From: Pristiophorus japonicus
Taxonomy: Eukaryota
NCBI RefSeq assembly: GCF_044704955.1
Contig: NC_091999.1
Location: 53,692,001 to 53,756,000, forward strand
Reading direction: 5' to 3'
DNA length: 64,000 nucleotides
Shown here: positions 1 to 12,218 of the stretch, piece by piece
How positions within the stretch are numbered: the stretch's first letter is position 1
Layout of the letters: each line of letters starts with the position of its first letter
The notes under the pieces: model-generated
Told to the model about the DNA's origin: nothing
The model's input: only the letters and a program-made list of their open reading frames with translations
The model's database searches: none
Translations under genes and position numbers: made by a program

Positions 1-440
1 GTAGAGAGAGTTTGAATCCTACCATCCCGTACACAGAATGGCAGCGAGCTCCAGGCGGGCAATGGCCCGTCCTCACCAGCGAGAACGGGGAGGAAAAATG
101 AGCTTCTGAAGTCGACGATGTCTTAAAATAATTTCTTTAATTCTTACCTTTATCTTTTTTATTTAAATAACTGAAAATATCCTGACTGCCCCAACTAGAA
201 TTTCTACCCAGTGCCAGTTCCCCATCCAACTCCCTCTCCAGAAAGGTCGCCATTTTATTACGTGTCAGTGTTTTTAGGCAGGGGGATTAAATATATATAT
301 ATATTAGCCATCGCTCTCTCTCTTATTTGATAATATAATATTAAAGCTCGCTGAAGGAATTGGGTGCAGAAAATTCCATCTGAGGAATCCTCATCGATGG
401 GAGCAGATAAACTGCAAAGGGAAATAATAACAATCGGTTG

Positions 441-720
441 GCCTGAGGGAGGCATGGCGGGAGGGAGGAGTGGAGCAAGGGAGCGGTGGAGTGATGGAGG
501 GGTGAGGAATGGACGGAGAAAGGGAGTGAAGTGTGCAGGGAGGGAGAGATTGACGGAGCGACATATGGAGGTATGGAGGGCGGGAGGGATGGACGGAGGG
601 GGGGAAGGAGAGACGGGTGGAGGGTGGAAGAGATGGTGGGAGGGAGCGATGAAGGGAGGGAGTGAAGTAGAGACGGGTGGAGCGTGGGGGGGATGGAGGA
701 ACGGAGTGATGGAGTATATG
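441..720 (+). repeat. GGA/GGAGG purine-rich low-complexity tract (paralogues ~11641-11850, 31670-31980, 41110-41430)
   Basis: Direct inspection; source of the Pro/Ser-rich and Gly-rich spurious ORFs. Confidence 0.9.
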
Positions 721-1082
721 TCAATTTACCCGAACAAATTTCTGACTGATTTTGAACACCTCTATTAAGTGGCCCATAACCTGCTCGGCTCTAAGCAGAA
801 AAGTCCCAGCTTCCAGCTGCACTGATAGTGCATCTGACACAGTGTAACATTCAGGTTCCGTGAGTCCTTGTGCTTCGGGCACTTCCAGATGTTCCTTGCG
901 GAATCGCTGACACTTTTACATGGACCCAGTGGAAATACCAGTGAGGGAATGACATCCCAAGCAAGATAAGCGAACTCGCTCCTGATAATAAACCAATCGG
1001 AGTAAGACTGAACTCAGTCCTTGAACTTCAGACACGATGAGCTGAATGGCAACATTTTAAAATACAAGCTGTGACATGTTCA

Positions 1083-1537
1083 AGCCTTGGCTCAGTGGGA
1101 TCACTCTCGCCTCTGATTCAGAAGGTCACAGATACTAAACCCCACTCCAGAGACTTGAGCACATAATATATGCCGACACGCCCGGTGCCAGTACTGATGG
1201 AGTGCTGCACGGTCAGAGGTGCCGTCTTTCGGGGCAGACAATAAATTGAGCCACATCTTCCCGCTCAGGTGGATTTAAAGGACTCATGGCACTATATTGA
1301 AGTGCAGAGGAGTTCTCCAGGGTTTACAGCGCAAATATTTATCCCTTAACGAACATCTGAAAAATAGCTGATCAGATCATTATTTCATTGCTGTTTGCGT
1401 GATCTTGATGTGCACCAATTGGCTGCCACGTTGCCTACATTACAACAGTGACCACACTTCCAAAGTAATTCATTGTCTGTAAATCATTTTGGGACACCAT
1501 GAGATAATGAAATGCGCTATATAAATGCAAAGTGTTT
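1083..1537 (+). mobile_element. tRNA-derived Deu-domain SINE (SacSINE1/AmnSINE1-like)
   Basis: tRNA-like head GGCTCAGTGG...CTCGCCTCTGA.TCAGAAGG, central CAGTACTGA.GGAGTGCTGCAC..TCAGAGGTGCCGTCTTTCGG Deu core, L2-like tail GCGCTATATAAATGCAA. Confidence 0.85.
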
Positions 1538-1575
1538 CTAAATGTCAACATTTCAAAATAAAAGTTGCGATATGT

Positions 1576-2340
1576 GAAATGCTCAGATAATCCTGTGATT
1601 GCCGGTACTCCTCTGGTCACTGCTTTAAATTGCTTAGTTTCAGTTAGTTAAATATTCCATTAAATGGAGATCCAGTGGAATAACAGTCTGTTCAGAAATG
1701 TTCCACTGATTTCAGCAGCAGAACTTTCAGAACTGAATTATTCATTTTAATATTTATTCCCTTTGATATAAATCACATCTGTTGCAATTGAACAAAACTG
1801 CAGCTAACGTCGCTGTTCGACATATTTCTATTTCTGTCAATATTCTTAAAATAAGCCGTTGTTGTGAGTTGAGGCTGATCAATAAGTGATTCTGTTGATC
1901 TGATTTTGCTGCCATGAACACTTCATGGCCAGCAGTGAGGCGTTTATGTAAATAAGCACAGAAATAGAAGTCCCAGGTTAGATCATTGAGCGACAGAGAC
2001 ACAATAACCATTTCTCCACCAGCAAAGCATAGAAATATAGACAGAGAGAAATGCAAATCTCTCAACAGATTCCAGCAACAATTGTTTTTCGTACATTTCT
2101 CTACATTATAGGAGAATAAAGTAAAGATGATACCCCCGGACAGAATGGGGAAAGATTGCTTCTCGTCAGCATATACAGCAACATCACAAAGGTGATAGTG
2201 GAGATTTGTGTATCCTCTGCCTCTCAATTTTCCATTTTCCTCCTATCTCTCAACAATGGATCATTGGCATTCCCCCACAATTAGATGTCAACATTTAACA
2301 AAATATTTCCCTCGGCCATAAGAATATGCCTCGGACCAAA
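1576..2340 (+). pseudogene. Unit-conserved unique block with putative decayed Ig C1-domain relics (paralogues ~12704-13490, 32823-33425, 42285-43060, 54290-55050)
   Basis: Frameshift-tolerant reading across copies gives PTVNIL..SP..EL...NKVTLL, FAPINTSWK, SKLKVNK, QNGERFY and IIGFPPQLDVK, resembling C1 A/B/C/E/F strands; no intact ORF. Confidence 0.4.
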
Positions 2341-2349
2341 TTGATTGGA

Positions 2350-2610
2350 GTGCACAGAGGGAGCTTTATTCAAAAATGTGACCTGTGCATTAAATGGCAT
2401 GGGAGTTTTTGATGGGACAGTTTGGAGGGATCTTTACTCTGTATCTAACACGTGCTTTACCTGTCCTGGGAATTGTTTGATGGGATGTTATAGAGGGAGC
2501 ATTGTTCTGTACCTAAACCGTGCTGTTACTGTTCTGTGAATGTGTGATGGGAGAGCATAGTGGGAGCTCTGCTCTGTATCTGACACATGCTGTACCTGCC
2601 CTGGGAGTTA
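2350..2610. repeat. 67-bp tandem repeat (CTGCCCTGGGAGTGTTTGATGGGACAGTGTAGAGGGAGCTTTACTCTGTATCTAACCCGTGCTGTAC); also ~13495-13870, 33440-33720, 43065-43315, 55060-55395
   Basis: Period measured directly (CTGGGAGTG at 13612 and 13679). Confidence 0.9.
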
Positions 2611-2949
2611 TAGGATCTCGAGAAGTAATAACTGACATCGCGTGTAGTGTAATATAAAGAGACACATGGTCTAGTGCAGTAATAACGGTGACAGGGTCTA
2701 GTCTAATATAAAAAAGAGACATAGTATAAGGCAGTAATGTGAGAGGATGCGGCTACTGTAATATAAGCAATGTCCTTGTCTAGCTTAATATAAACAGAGA
2801 CAGGGTCTTTTGTAATAGGAAAAAAGCATGGCATATTCCATTAATATCTGAGACAGGGTCTAGCACAATATTAGTAGTTCAAGTGCAGTACGAACAGAGG
2901 TAGTGGCTAGTACTGTAACGATTGATACAGGGACATTGTTTTATTGGTT

Positions 2950-3360
2950 CCTGACATGTGGGTGTGCGTGTCGCTGGCAAGGCCAACATTGATTGTCTTT
3001 TCCTAATTGGCCTTGAGAAGCAATTGGTGAGCTGCCACCTTGAACCGCTGCAGACCGTGTGGAGAAGGTACTCACAAAGTGTTCGGGAGGGAGTTGAAGA
3101 ATTTGGCCCAGTGTTTATGAAGGAAAGACAATAAATTTCAACGCCAGATTAGTGTGTGATTTGGAGGAGTACGTGGAGATGATGGTGTTTGCATTAGCCA
3201 GCTGCCCTTGTCCTTCTAGTTGGAAGAGGTCGTAGATTTGGAAAGTTCTGTTGAAGATGTCTTGGCGAGTTACTGCAATGCATCTTGTAGATAGTAATCA
3301 CTGCAGACATGGTACGCCAGTGGTGGAGGGGGTGAATATTTAACGTGGTGTGTGGGGTTA
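2950..3360 (-). mobile_element. 3' end of a CR1-group/L2-group LINE ORF2 (paralogues ~14310-14675, 34010-34420, 43605-43990)
   Basis: Paralogous ORFs 14313..14702 and 34066..34605 give LNIPSL..R..., RSFIVAGSNSWNPLPN...GLQRFK, a typical non-LTR ORF2 C-terminus (WNxLP). Confidence 0.7.
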
Positions 3361-3416
3361 TATAAACTGGAATAGTGTCTTGTGTAGTTATAACTGAGAC
3401 AGGTTCTGGTGTATTA

Positions 3417-4560
3417 TAGAATCATAGAATGGTTACAGCACAGAAGAGGGCCATTCGGCCCACATAGCCCGTGCCGCTCTCTGCAAGAGTATTTCAACTA
3501 GTCCAGTCCTCCGCCCTTCCCCGAAGCCCTGTGAATTTTCTTCCTTCAAGTACTTATCCAATTCCCTTTGGAATGCAATGATTGAATCTTCGCCCACCTC
3601 CCTTTCAGGCAATGCTTTTCAGATCATAACCACTCGCTGCATAAAATCGTTTTCCTCATGTAGCCTTGTTTGTGTCAATCACTTTTAATCCGTGTCCTCT
3701 GTTCTCGACCCTTCTGCCAATGGGAAAAGTTTCTCTCCAGCTACTCTGTTTAGACCACTTATGATTCTGAACGCCTCGATCAAATCTCATCTCAAACTTC
3801 TTTGCTCTAAGGAGATCAACCCCAGCTTCTCCAGACTAGACCACATAAACGAAGTACCTTATCCCTGGAAACACACGTAAATCTTTTCTGCACCTCTCTA
3901 AGGCCTTCACATCCTTCCTAATGTGCGGTGCCCAGAATTGGACACAATACTCCAGTTGAGGCCTAATCAGTGTTTTATACAAGTTCATCATAAGTTCTTG
4001 CTTTTGTATTCTATGCACTATTTATGAAGCCCATGATCCACTATGCTTTTTAAACCAATTTCTAAATCTGCCCTGCGTCATTCAATGATTTATGCACAGA
4101 TAGCCTGAGGTCTCTGTGTTCATCATACCCTTTAGAATTATACCCTTTGGTCACTTTGACTCTCCTCGTTCTTCCTACCAAAATGTATCACTTCAAAATT
4201 TTCTGTGTTTCATTTTCCATGTGTCCGTCTATTCTGCAAGCAAGCCTATATGCTTTTGAAGTCTATAACAACCCTCCCCACTGTTCACTATACTTCCAAA
4301 TTTTGAGTCGTCTGTAAATATTGAAATTGTGCCCTTAAACCCAATGTAAGTCATGAATATAAATCAAGAAAAGCAGTGTTCCTGGCACCAACTGCTGCAG
4401 AACACCACTGTATACCTTCCTCCAGTCCAAAAAAAACACTACTCTCTGATTCCTGTCACTCAGTCAATTTCACATCCAGGCTGCCACTGTCCCTTTTATT
4501 CTATGGGTTTCAACTTTGCTGCCAGGGATATTATCAAACCACTTTATCAAACACCTTTTG
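3417..4560 (-). mobile_element. 5'-truncated decayed CR1 LINE (shared by units 1-4)
   Basis: TAGAATCATAGAA tail complement; LYKTLIRPQLEYCVQFWAP motif (ORF 3836..4018). Confidence 0.85.
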
Positions 4561-4660
4561 TAAGTCCACCACATCAACGATTTAAACTGAGCCTGGATCT
4601 AGTGCAGTAATGAGAGAAACAATAAGTCAGGTAATTACATATTTATTAACTACATGCCAG

Positions 4661-4890
4661 GTACAAGTGCAGTTTCATGTTTACCATCACTTGCACCAAT
4701 CATCATACACTTGAGGTGTATATCAGGAGACTCTGTTTGATGGTGAGGTGATTGCTGGAAAATAAAGCGCATAGACTGGTGGCTGGCTGCTCATTATCCT
4801 CGGTGTAATTTAATCCCCTTTCCCACTGAATACTGCGGACAGACATGGTCACCTTGGTAATGGAATCGTCAGTGTGACATCACTTTCTAA
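4661..4890 (+). pseudogene. Putative decayed Ig C1 exon (paralogues 25617-25845, 36059-36776 split by CR1, 45281-45510)
   Basis: CCAG acceptor; reading IHLRC.ISGF(C).D.EVI.W in unit 2 (cf. LxCxISGFYPDxIxVxW) and a later W...CQ..H-like segment; needs frameshifts. Confidence 0.35.
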
Positions 4891-5057
4891 AGTAGAGCGT
4901 GCAAGACAATGTGTTATCAATAAATGTTAAAAGTATTAAACGATCAGCAATTAGCTGTTGAATAAAATAAAATGCTGAAAAATGATGGTTGAAGCTAATC
5001 ATTTATCTTTCTGGAATGTACTTGCACACATTATAATTTGTAGACACACGCACATAT

Positions 5058-5270
5058 NNNNNNNNNNNNNNNNNNNNNNNNNNNNNNNNNNNNNNNNNNN
5101 NNNNNNNNNNNNNNNNNNNNNNNNNNNNNNNNNNNNNNNNNNNNNNNNNNNNNNNNNNNNNNNNNNNNNNNNNNNNNNNNNNNNNNNNNNNNNNNNNNNN
5201 NNNNNNNNNNNNNNNNNNNNNNNNNNNNNNNNNNNNNNNNNNNNNNNNNNNNNNNNNNNNNNNNNNNNNN
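5058..5270. other. Assembly gap (N run) at a CA microsatellite; further gaps 26179-26330 and 59459-59610
   Basis: N characters; the equivalent site in unit 3 (~36939-37060) is a resolved (CA)n tract. Confidence 0.95.
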
Positions 5271-5284
5271 TGTTCTCTTTTCAG

Positions 5285-5673
5285 TTGATCGTCGTAAGGG
5301 AATGAACTCCAGTGGATATTGGGACCCTGTGGCCGCCCATCCGGCGGTGCTTTGAGATCACGATTCCAGGCTCTGTCTGACGCAATCAGTGGTTCAAGTG
5401 AATGCTCAACAGAAAATACTGCAGGAAAAACAATCCTTAACATTAAAGAACTGGGAGCAATTGGCACAGGACAACACAAGTGTGAATTATTGAAATTTAA
5501 AACACAGGGTGCCATTAAGTAGTGCAATGTGCAGTGAATTGCTCACCTTCAGTCCTGTCCCTCACTCCCAGTCCATCTCTGGGAGATTGTTACAAGATTC
5601 ACCCCATCGTCTCAACATAAGTATTACAGACACAATACCAGATCGATTCGACAGTGTCCACAACTCTTGATAG
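5285..5673 (+). pseudogene. Putative decayed Ig heavy-chain C exon (Cmu3-like) followed by a tailpiece-like end (paralogues 26346-26740, 37083-37479, 45725-46124)
   Basis: Polypyrimidine-YAG acceptor in all 4 copies; frameshifted motifs PVDIRTLRP(P/S)I, EVTV, IISG, QEKQSL/WTKDNP, QDNTSV, LSSAK, CTIAHL, KSI, then P..NTNIT...D...SC-stop; about 300 nt to the CxIAH segment. Confidence 0.5.
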
Positions 5674-6019
5674 CTATTAACGAAATTAAACGTATGTTCC
5701 AACCAAAAAAAAGTATTGCATCTTCCTACCCACACGCATAAATATCTTTATCTATATTAATATCTATCCATCGTCGATATAACTTCTGTCTCTCTAACAG
5801 ATGCATGGCAGAAATAACTGCCAACAGTGTCTGTTGTACAATAAATAGAGATATAGTCCCTGGAGAGGGAGTTCATCCAAAACTATCTCAGACCGAGGAG
5901 AAAGTGAGACACCCTGAGCCTCGGTTGACACAAACAGGCATTGTCTTGTGAAGTCAATGGATACATGGCCCAGTCTAACATAAAGGCAGACAGGGCCCAG
6001 TGTTACAGGAAGAGGGACA

Positions 6020-7195
6020 AGGTCTAGGGTAATATAAACAGAGACATGGTCTAGTGTAATATAAACAGAGACAGGGTCTAGTGTAATATAAACAGAGACC
6101 GGGTCGAGTGTAATATAAACAGAAACAAGGTCCTGTGTAATACAAACAGAGACCGGAGATAGTGTAATATAAAGAGAGACATGGTCTAGTGTAATATAAA
6201 CAGAGACATGGTCTAGTGTAATATAAACAGAGACAGGATCTAGTGTAATACAAACAGAGACCGGGTCGAGTGTAATATAAACAGAGACAAGGTCTAGTGT
6301 AATATAAACAGAGACATGGTCTAGTGTAATATAAATAGAGACAAGGTCTAGTGTAATATAAACAGAGACAGGGTCTAATGTAATATCAACAGAGACAGGG
6401 TTTTGTGTAATATAAACAGAGACAGGGTCTCGTGTAATATAAACAGAGACAGGGTCTAGTGTAATATAAACAGAGACAGGGTCTAGTGTAATATACACAG
6501 AGCCAGAGTCTAGTGTAATATAAACAGAGACAAGGTCTAGTGTAATATAAAGAGAGACATGGTCTAGTGTAATATAAACAGAGACAGGGTCTAGTGTAAT
6601 ACAAACGGAGACAGGGTCTAGTGTAAAATATACAGAGACATGGTCTAGTGTAATATAAACAGAGACAAGGTCTAGTGTAATATAAACAGAGACATGATAG
6701 AGTGTATATTAACAGAGACACGGGCTAGTGTAATATAAACAGAGACAGGGTCTTGTGGAATATAAACAGAGACAGGGTCTCGTGTAATGTAAACAGAGAC
6801 AAAGTCTTGTGTAATTTAAACAGACACAGGGTCTAGTGTAATATAAAGAGAGACAGGGTCTCGTAAAATAGAAAGAGGAACCGGGTCTAGTGTAATATAA
6901 ACAGAGACAGGGTCTAGTGTAATATAAAGAGACTGGGTCGACTGTAATATAAACAGAGACAGGGTCTAGTGTAATACAAACAGAGACAGGATCTAGTGAA
7001 ATATAAAAAGAGACATAGTCTCGTGTAATGTAAACAGAGGCAGGGTCTTGTGTAATACAAACAGAGACAGGGTCTAGTGTAATATAAACAAATACAGGGT
7101 CTAGTGTAATTTAAAAGAGACAGGGTCTAGGGTAATATAAACAGATACAGCGTCTCGTGTAATATAAGAGAGACAGTGCCTAGTGTAATGTAAAC
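6020..7195. repeat. 27-bp minisatellite (GTCTAGTGTAATATAAACAGAGACAGG)n
   Basis: Direct; translates on the - strand as (YITLDPVSV)n or (YYTRPCLCL)n. Confidence 0.97.
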
Positions 7196-7196
7196 A

Positions 7197-9216
7197 AAAG
7201 AACATAAGAAAAAGGAAAAGTAATCGGCCACCTGGCCCCTCTAGCCTGCTCGCCATTTAATAAGATCATGGCTGATCTGATCATGGACTCAGCTCCACTT
7301 CTCTTCCCGATCCCCATAACCCTTTATTCTCTTATCACTCAAACATCTTTCTATCTCCGCCTTAAATATATTCCATGACCTAGACTGCACAACTCTCTTG
7401 GGCTGAGAATTCCATAGATTTACATCCCTCTGAGCGAAGAAATTCCCCGTTAGCTCAGTTTTAACTGTGCAGCTTGTTTTTCTGAGACTATGTCCCCTAG
7501 ATTTAATTATCCCTATGAGTGGAAGTATCCTCTCTGCATCCACATTGTCGAGTGCCGTCATTATCTTATAATTTGCAATAAGATCACCTCTCATTCTTCC
7601 GAACTCCAATGTGTATAGGCCCAACCTACTCACAATATCTTCATAATTCAATACCATCATCTCCGGAATCAACCTTCGCTGGAAAGCCTCCAATGCAGGT
7701 ATATCCTTCCTTAAATAAAGGGGCCAATACTGGACGCAGTACTCTAGATGTGGCTTCACCAATATCCTGTAGAGTTTTGTCCACTCACTTAGTCTGTCCA
7801 TATCTATTTACAGATTATTGGTGTCCTCCTCACAATTTTCTTTCCCACCCTTCTTTTTATCATCTGAAAACTTGGCTACATTACACTGGGTCCCTTCATC
7901 CAAGTCATTACTATCGATTGTAAATAGTTCAGGTTCCTCCACCGATGCCTGCGGCATACCACAATATACTGTTTTCCAATCGGAAATTGACCCATTTCTC
8001 CCGACCCGCCGATCTGTTAGTTAGCCAATCATCTATCCATGCCAATATATTGCCCTCAACCCCAAGAACTTTTATCTTGTGCAGTAACCTTTTATGCGGC
8101 ACCATATCGAATGCCTTGTGGAAATTCAAATACACCACATCCAGTGGATCCCCCTAATCAACCCTGCTCGTTTCATCCTCAAAGATCTTCAGCAAATTTG
8201 TCAATCATGTCGTCCCGTTCATGAAACCATGCTGATTCTGCTTGATTGAATTTTGCTTTTCCAAATCTCCCACTACTGCTTCCTTAATGGACTCCAGCAT
8301 TGTCCCAATGACAGATGTTCAGCTCACTGGTCTATAGTTTCTTGCTTTTTGTCTGATTATTTTTTTAAATAGTGGCACTACATTTGTAGTTTTCCAATCC
8401 GCGGGGCCAGCCCCAGAATTCAAGGAAGTTTGGTAGATTACAACCAATGCATCAACTATCTCTGCTGCCACTTCTTTTAGTACCATAGGATGTAACCCAT
8501 CAGGCCTTGGGGACTTGTCCGCCTTTAGTCACATCATTTTACCGAGTACGACTTCATTAGTGATAGTGATTGTAATAAATTCCTCCCTCCCTATAGCCCC
8601 TTCATTTTCCACAATTTGGATGGTTTTAGAGTTTGCTACCATGAAGACCGATACAAAATATTTGTTCAACGTCTCTGTCATTTCTCTGTTCTCCATTATT
8701 AATTCCCCAGTCTTATCCGCTTGATGACCAACATTTATTTTAACCTCTCTTTTGCTTGTTACCTGTAGAAACTCTTACTATCTGTTTTTATATTTTGCGC
8801 TAGTTTACTTTCATAATCTATCCTCCCTCTCCTTATCATTTGTTTAGTTGTTCTTTGCTAGCTTTTAAATGTTTCCCAGTCCTCTGGACTCCCACTAGTC
8901 TTGGCCACATTGTATGCCTTTGTTTCCAATTTGATACCATCCCGATTTCCAGAGTTAGCCACGGATGGTTACCCCCTCTCTTATAGTCTTGCCTTCTAAT
9001 TGCGTTATTTTTTTGTTGCGAGTTATGAATTATCTACTTAAATGCCTGCCACTGCTCATCAACCGTCCCATATTTTTATCTATTTTCCTAGTCCGCTTTA
9101 GCCACCACTGCCCTTATACCTTTGTCGGCTCGTTTATTTAAGCTTTGGACAGTGGTTTGAAAACCAACTCTCGCACTCTCCAATTGAATTTGAAATTCAA
9201 CCGTGTTATGGTCATT
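7197..9216 (-). mobile_element. CR1 LINE, 5'-truncated, with internal deletion near 7775
   Basis: AAGAACATAAGAA tail complement; ORF fragments VYLNFHKAFDMVPHKRLL and HLEYCVQYWP...VNLWNS. Confidence 0.92.
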
Positions 9217-9644
9217 CATAGATTAGTACAGCACAGGAGGTGATAATTTAGCTCATAGAGTCTGTGCCGGCTCTTTCGAAGAACAACCCAGTTAGTCCCA
9301 TTCCTGTGCACTTTCCCTATATCACTGCATTTTTTCCTCCTTCAAGTATTTGTACAATTTATTTTTGAAGGAAACTATTGAGTCTGTATCTACCACCCTA
9401 CCACGCAGTACAATACAAATCCTAACCAGTGGTTGCATAGAAAATTGCGTCCAAATATCGCCTCTGGTTTTTTTGTTAATCACCTTACATCTGAAACAGT
9501 TTCTATTTATTTACTCTATCTAAACCTTTGATGATTTTCAATAGATCTGTCAAATCTCCTCTTAGATTTTTCTCCTCCAAGGAGAACAATCCCATATTCT
9601 CCAGTCTCTACACATTAATTGAAGTCCCTCATGCCTGGTACGAA

Positions 9645-10998
9645 TATTGGTGGGAAAATGTCGGAGCCCATTAATAAAGAGCAGTAGCAGTACATTTGGA
9701 AAAGCAAAAATCGGTGAGGCAGAGTCAGCATATATTTATGAAGGGGGGAAGTCATGTTTGATAAATTTGCTGGCGTTCCTTGAGTATGTCGCAAACAGGG
9801 TGGATAAAGGGGAACCATTAGATAGGGTGCTTTGGACTTCCAGAAGGAATTTGACAAGGTGCCACATAAAAGGTTACTGCACAAGATAAAAGCTCAGGGG
9901 CCTGGCGTAATATATTAGCATGCATAGAGGATTGGAACAGAGAACAGAGAGTCGGGATAAATGGCCCATTCTCTGATTGTCAACCAGTAACTAATGGCGT
10001 GCCGCAGGATCAATGCTGCGACCTCAACTAATTACAATCTACATTAACTACTTGGAAGAAGGGACTGAGTGTAACATAGCCAAGTTTGCTGGCGATAACA
10101 AAGATGGGAGGAAAAGTAATGTGTGAGGAGGAAACACGTAATCTGCAAAAAGACACAGACAGGCTAAATAAGTGAGAAAAAAATTGCTAGATGGAGTATA
10201 ATGTTGTACAGTGAGAGGTCATGCACTTTGGCCGAAAAAAAACGAACAGCATTATTATTTAAATGGAGAATGATTGCAAGTGCCGTAGTACAGCGGGACC
10301 TGAGGGTACTTGTGCATGAAACACAAAAGGATAGTATGCAGGTACAGCAAATGATCAGGAAGGCCAATGGTATTTTGGACTTCATTGCAAAGGGGATGGA
10401 ATATAAAAACAGGGAAGTCTTGCTACAGCTATATAAGGTATTGTTGAGGTCACACCTGGAATACTGCGTGCAGTTTTGGTTTCCATATTTGCGAAAGGAT
10501 ATACTTGCTTTGGAGGCAGTTCAGAGAAGATTCATTAGGTTGATTCCGGGGATGAGTGGTTTGACTTATGAGGAAAGGTTGATTAGGTTGGGCCTCTACT
10601 CATTGGAATTCAGAAGAATGAGGGGTGATCTGATCGAAACGTATAAGATTATGAGGGAGCTTGACAAAGTGTATACAGAGAGGATGTTTCCACTGATGGG
10701 GGAGAGTAGAACTAGCGGGCACGATCTTAGAATGGGGGCCGCCCATTTTAAAACAGATATGAGGAGAAATTTGTTCTCTCAGAGGGTTGTAAATCTGTGG
10801 CATTCGCTGCCTCAGAGAGCTGTGGAAGCTGGGACATTGAATACATTTAAGACAGAGATAGACAGTTTCTTAAACGATAAGTGGATAAGGGGCTGATTCC
10901 ATGGTCAGATCAGCTATGATCGTATTGAATGGCGCAGCAGGCCCGAGGGGCCGTATGGTCTACTCCTGCTCCTTTTTATTATGTTCTTATGTTCTTAT
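9645..10998 (+). mobile_element. CR1 LINE 3' part (RT region and C-terminus), unit-1 specific
   Basis: ORF 10201..10896 (LYKVLLRSHLEYCVQFWFPY, RRMRGDLIETYKIM) and a (TTCTTATG)n tail. Confidence 0.93.
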
Positions 10999-12218
10999 AA
11001 TTTACTAAATCTCGTCTTAACCTTTTCTGGTCAAAGTAGAAAAGCTCCAATTTCTCCAGTCTCTCCACAAAATTTTATTCCCCCATCCCTGATGCGTTTC
11101 CAGTAAGTCTCTTCTGCGTCCTCTCGAAGTTTTCACGCCCTTCCTAAAGTGTGGTGCCCAGAATTGGACACAATACTCCAGTTGGGGCTGAACTAGTGTT
11201 TGACGTCATTAATTCCTGGTACCAGTCTGGTAAATACCCCGCACCCTTCTCTGCTATAAGGAGAACAGCCCCAGCTACTCCACGTTTGTCCGCGTAGTGA
11301 GAGCTTGAATCCTACCGTCCCGTACACAAAATAGCAGCGAGCTCCAGGCGGTCACTGCCCCGTCCTCAACCGCGAGAAGGCAGAGGAAAAAAGAGCAGCT
11401 GAAAGCCGACGATGTCTTGAAAATGTTTTCAAAATTGTTACCTTATTTTTTTTATTTAAAAAAGGAAAGATATCGTAACTGCCCCAACCAGAATTTCTAC
11501 CCAGTGCCAGTTCCCCAGCCAACTCCATCTCCTGAAAGGTAAGAATTTCATGTCTTGTCAATTGGATGCAGAAAATTCCAGCTGAGGAATCGTCATCGAT
11601 AAAAGCAGAAACACTACAAAGGGAACAATAATAATCGTTTGGGCTGAGGGAGGAAAGAGTGGAGGGTGGAGTGGAGCAAGGGAGGGATGAAGTGATGGAA
11701 TGCTGGAGGGATGGAAGGAGGGACGGATGGCTGCAGGGAGGAAGCGATTGATGGAGGGAGGGATGGATATATGAACGGAGGTAAGAATGAAGGGAGGGAA
11801 GGAAGGAGAGACGGGTGTAGGGCGAGAGGGATGGTGGGGGCAGTGATGGAGTATCTCCCAATTTACCAGATCAAAACTCTTCATGATTTGGAACACCTCT
11901 ATTAAGTGGCACATAACGCGCTCGGCTCGAACGAGAATAATCCCAGCTTCCAGCTGCTTTGATGGTGCAGCTCACACAGTGTATAACTCAAGTTCCGTGA
12001 GTCCTTCTGCCTTGGGCACATCCAGATGAACTTGCGGATTCGGTGTCACTTTTATATGGACCCAGTGGAAATACCAGTATGGGAATGACATCCCGGGCAA
12101 GATAAGAGAACTCGCCCCTGATAATAAATAGATAGGTTTAAGACTGGGCTCAGGCCCTGAACGTCAGACACGATGAGCTGAATGTGAACATTTTAACATA
12201 TAAGTTGTGATATGTTCA

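Larger units (their letters stand above)
1..11293 (+). repeat. Segmental tandem duplication unit 1 (~11 kb)
   Basis: Same ordered series (GTAG.GAGAG..TGAATCCTACC start block, GGA-rich tract, SINE, unique block, 67-bp repeat, LINE ends, two unique blocks, CA tract, 27-bp minisatellite) recurs at 11294, 31231, ~40988 and partly ~53555. Confidence 0.9.

Noticed and set aside
341-768. Pro/Ser-rich and Gly-rich ORFs; switch-region-like G-rich tract
   Set aside because: Low-complexity GGA tract of variable length among units; no AGCT repeats, and sharks lack canonical S regions.
1754-2227. 157-aa minus-strand ORF conserved in part across units
   Set aside because: Broken by stops and frameshifts in the other copies; no recognisable domain.
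4640-4890. Minus-strand terminal exon (SIQWERGLNYT...stop, AATAAA)
   Set aside because: The acceptor frame stops after ~12 codons and conflicts with the + strand orientation of the other blocks; it shows how easily Ig-like motifs can be over-read.
5319-5522. V-set/nectin-like reading KTILNIKEL..(D)TGQHKCEL
   Set aside because: No B-strand Cys or WxRQ, stops in units 3 and 4, no RSS nonamer after CACAGAG; the alternative C-domain reading explains more of the block.
5794-6721. Long ORFs (YITLDPVSV)n and (YYTRPCLCL)n; also a CRISPR-like look
   Set aside because: Translation of a 27-bp minisatellite with no unique spacers, in a vertebrate context.
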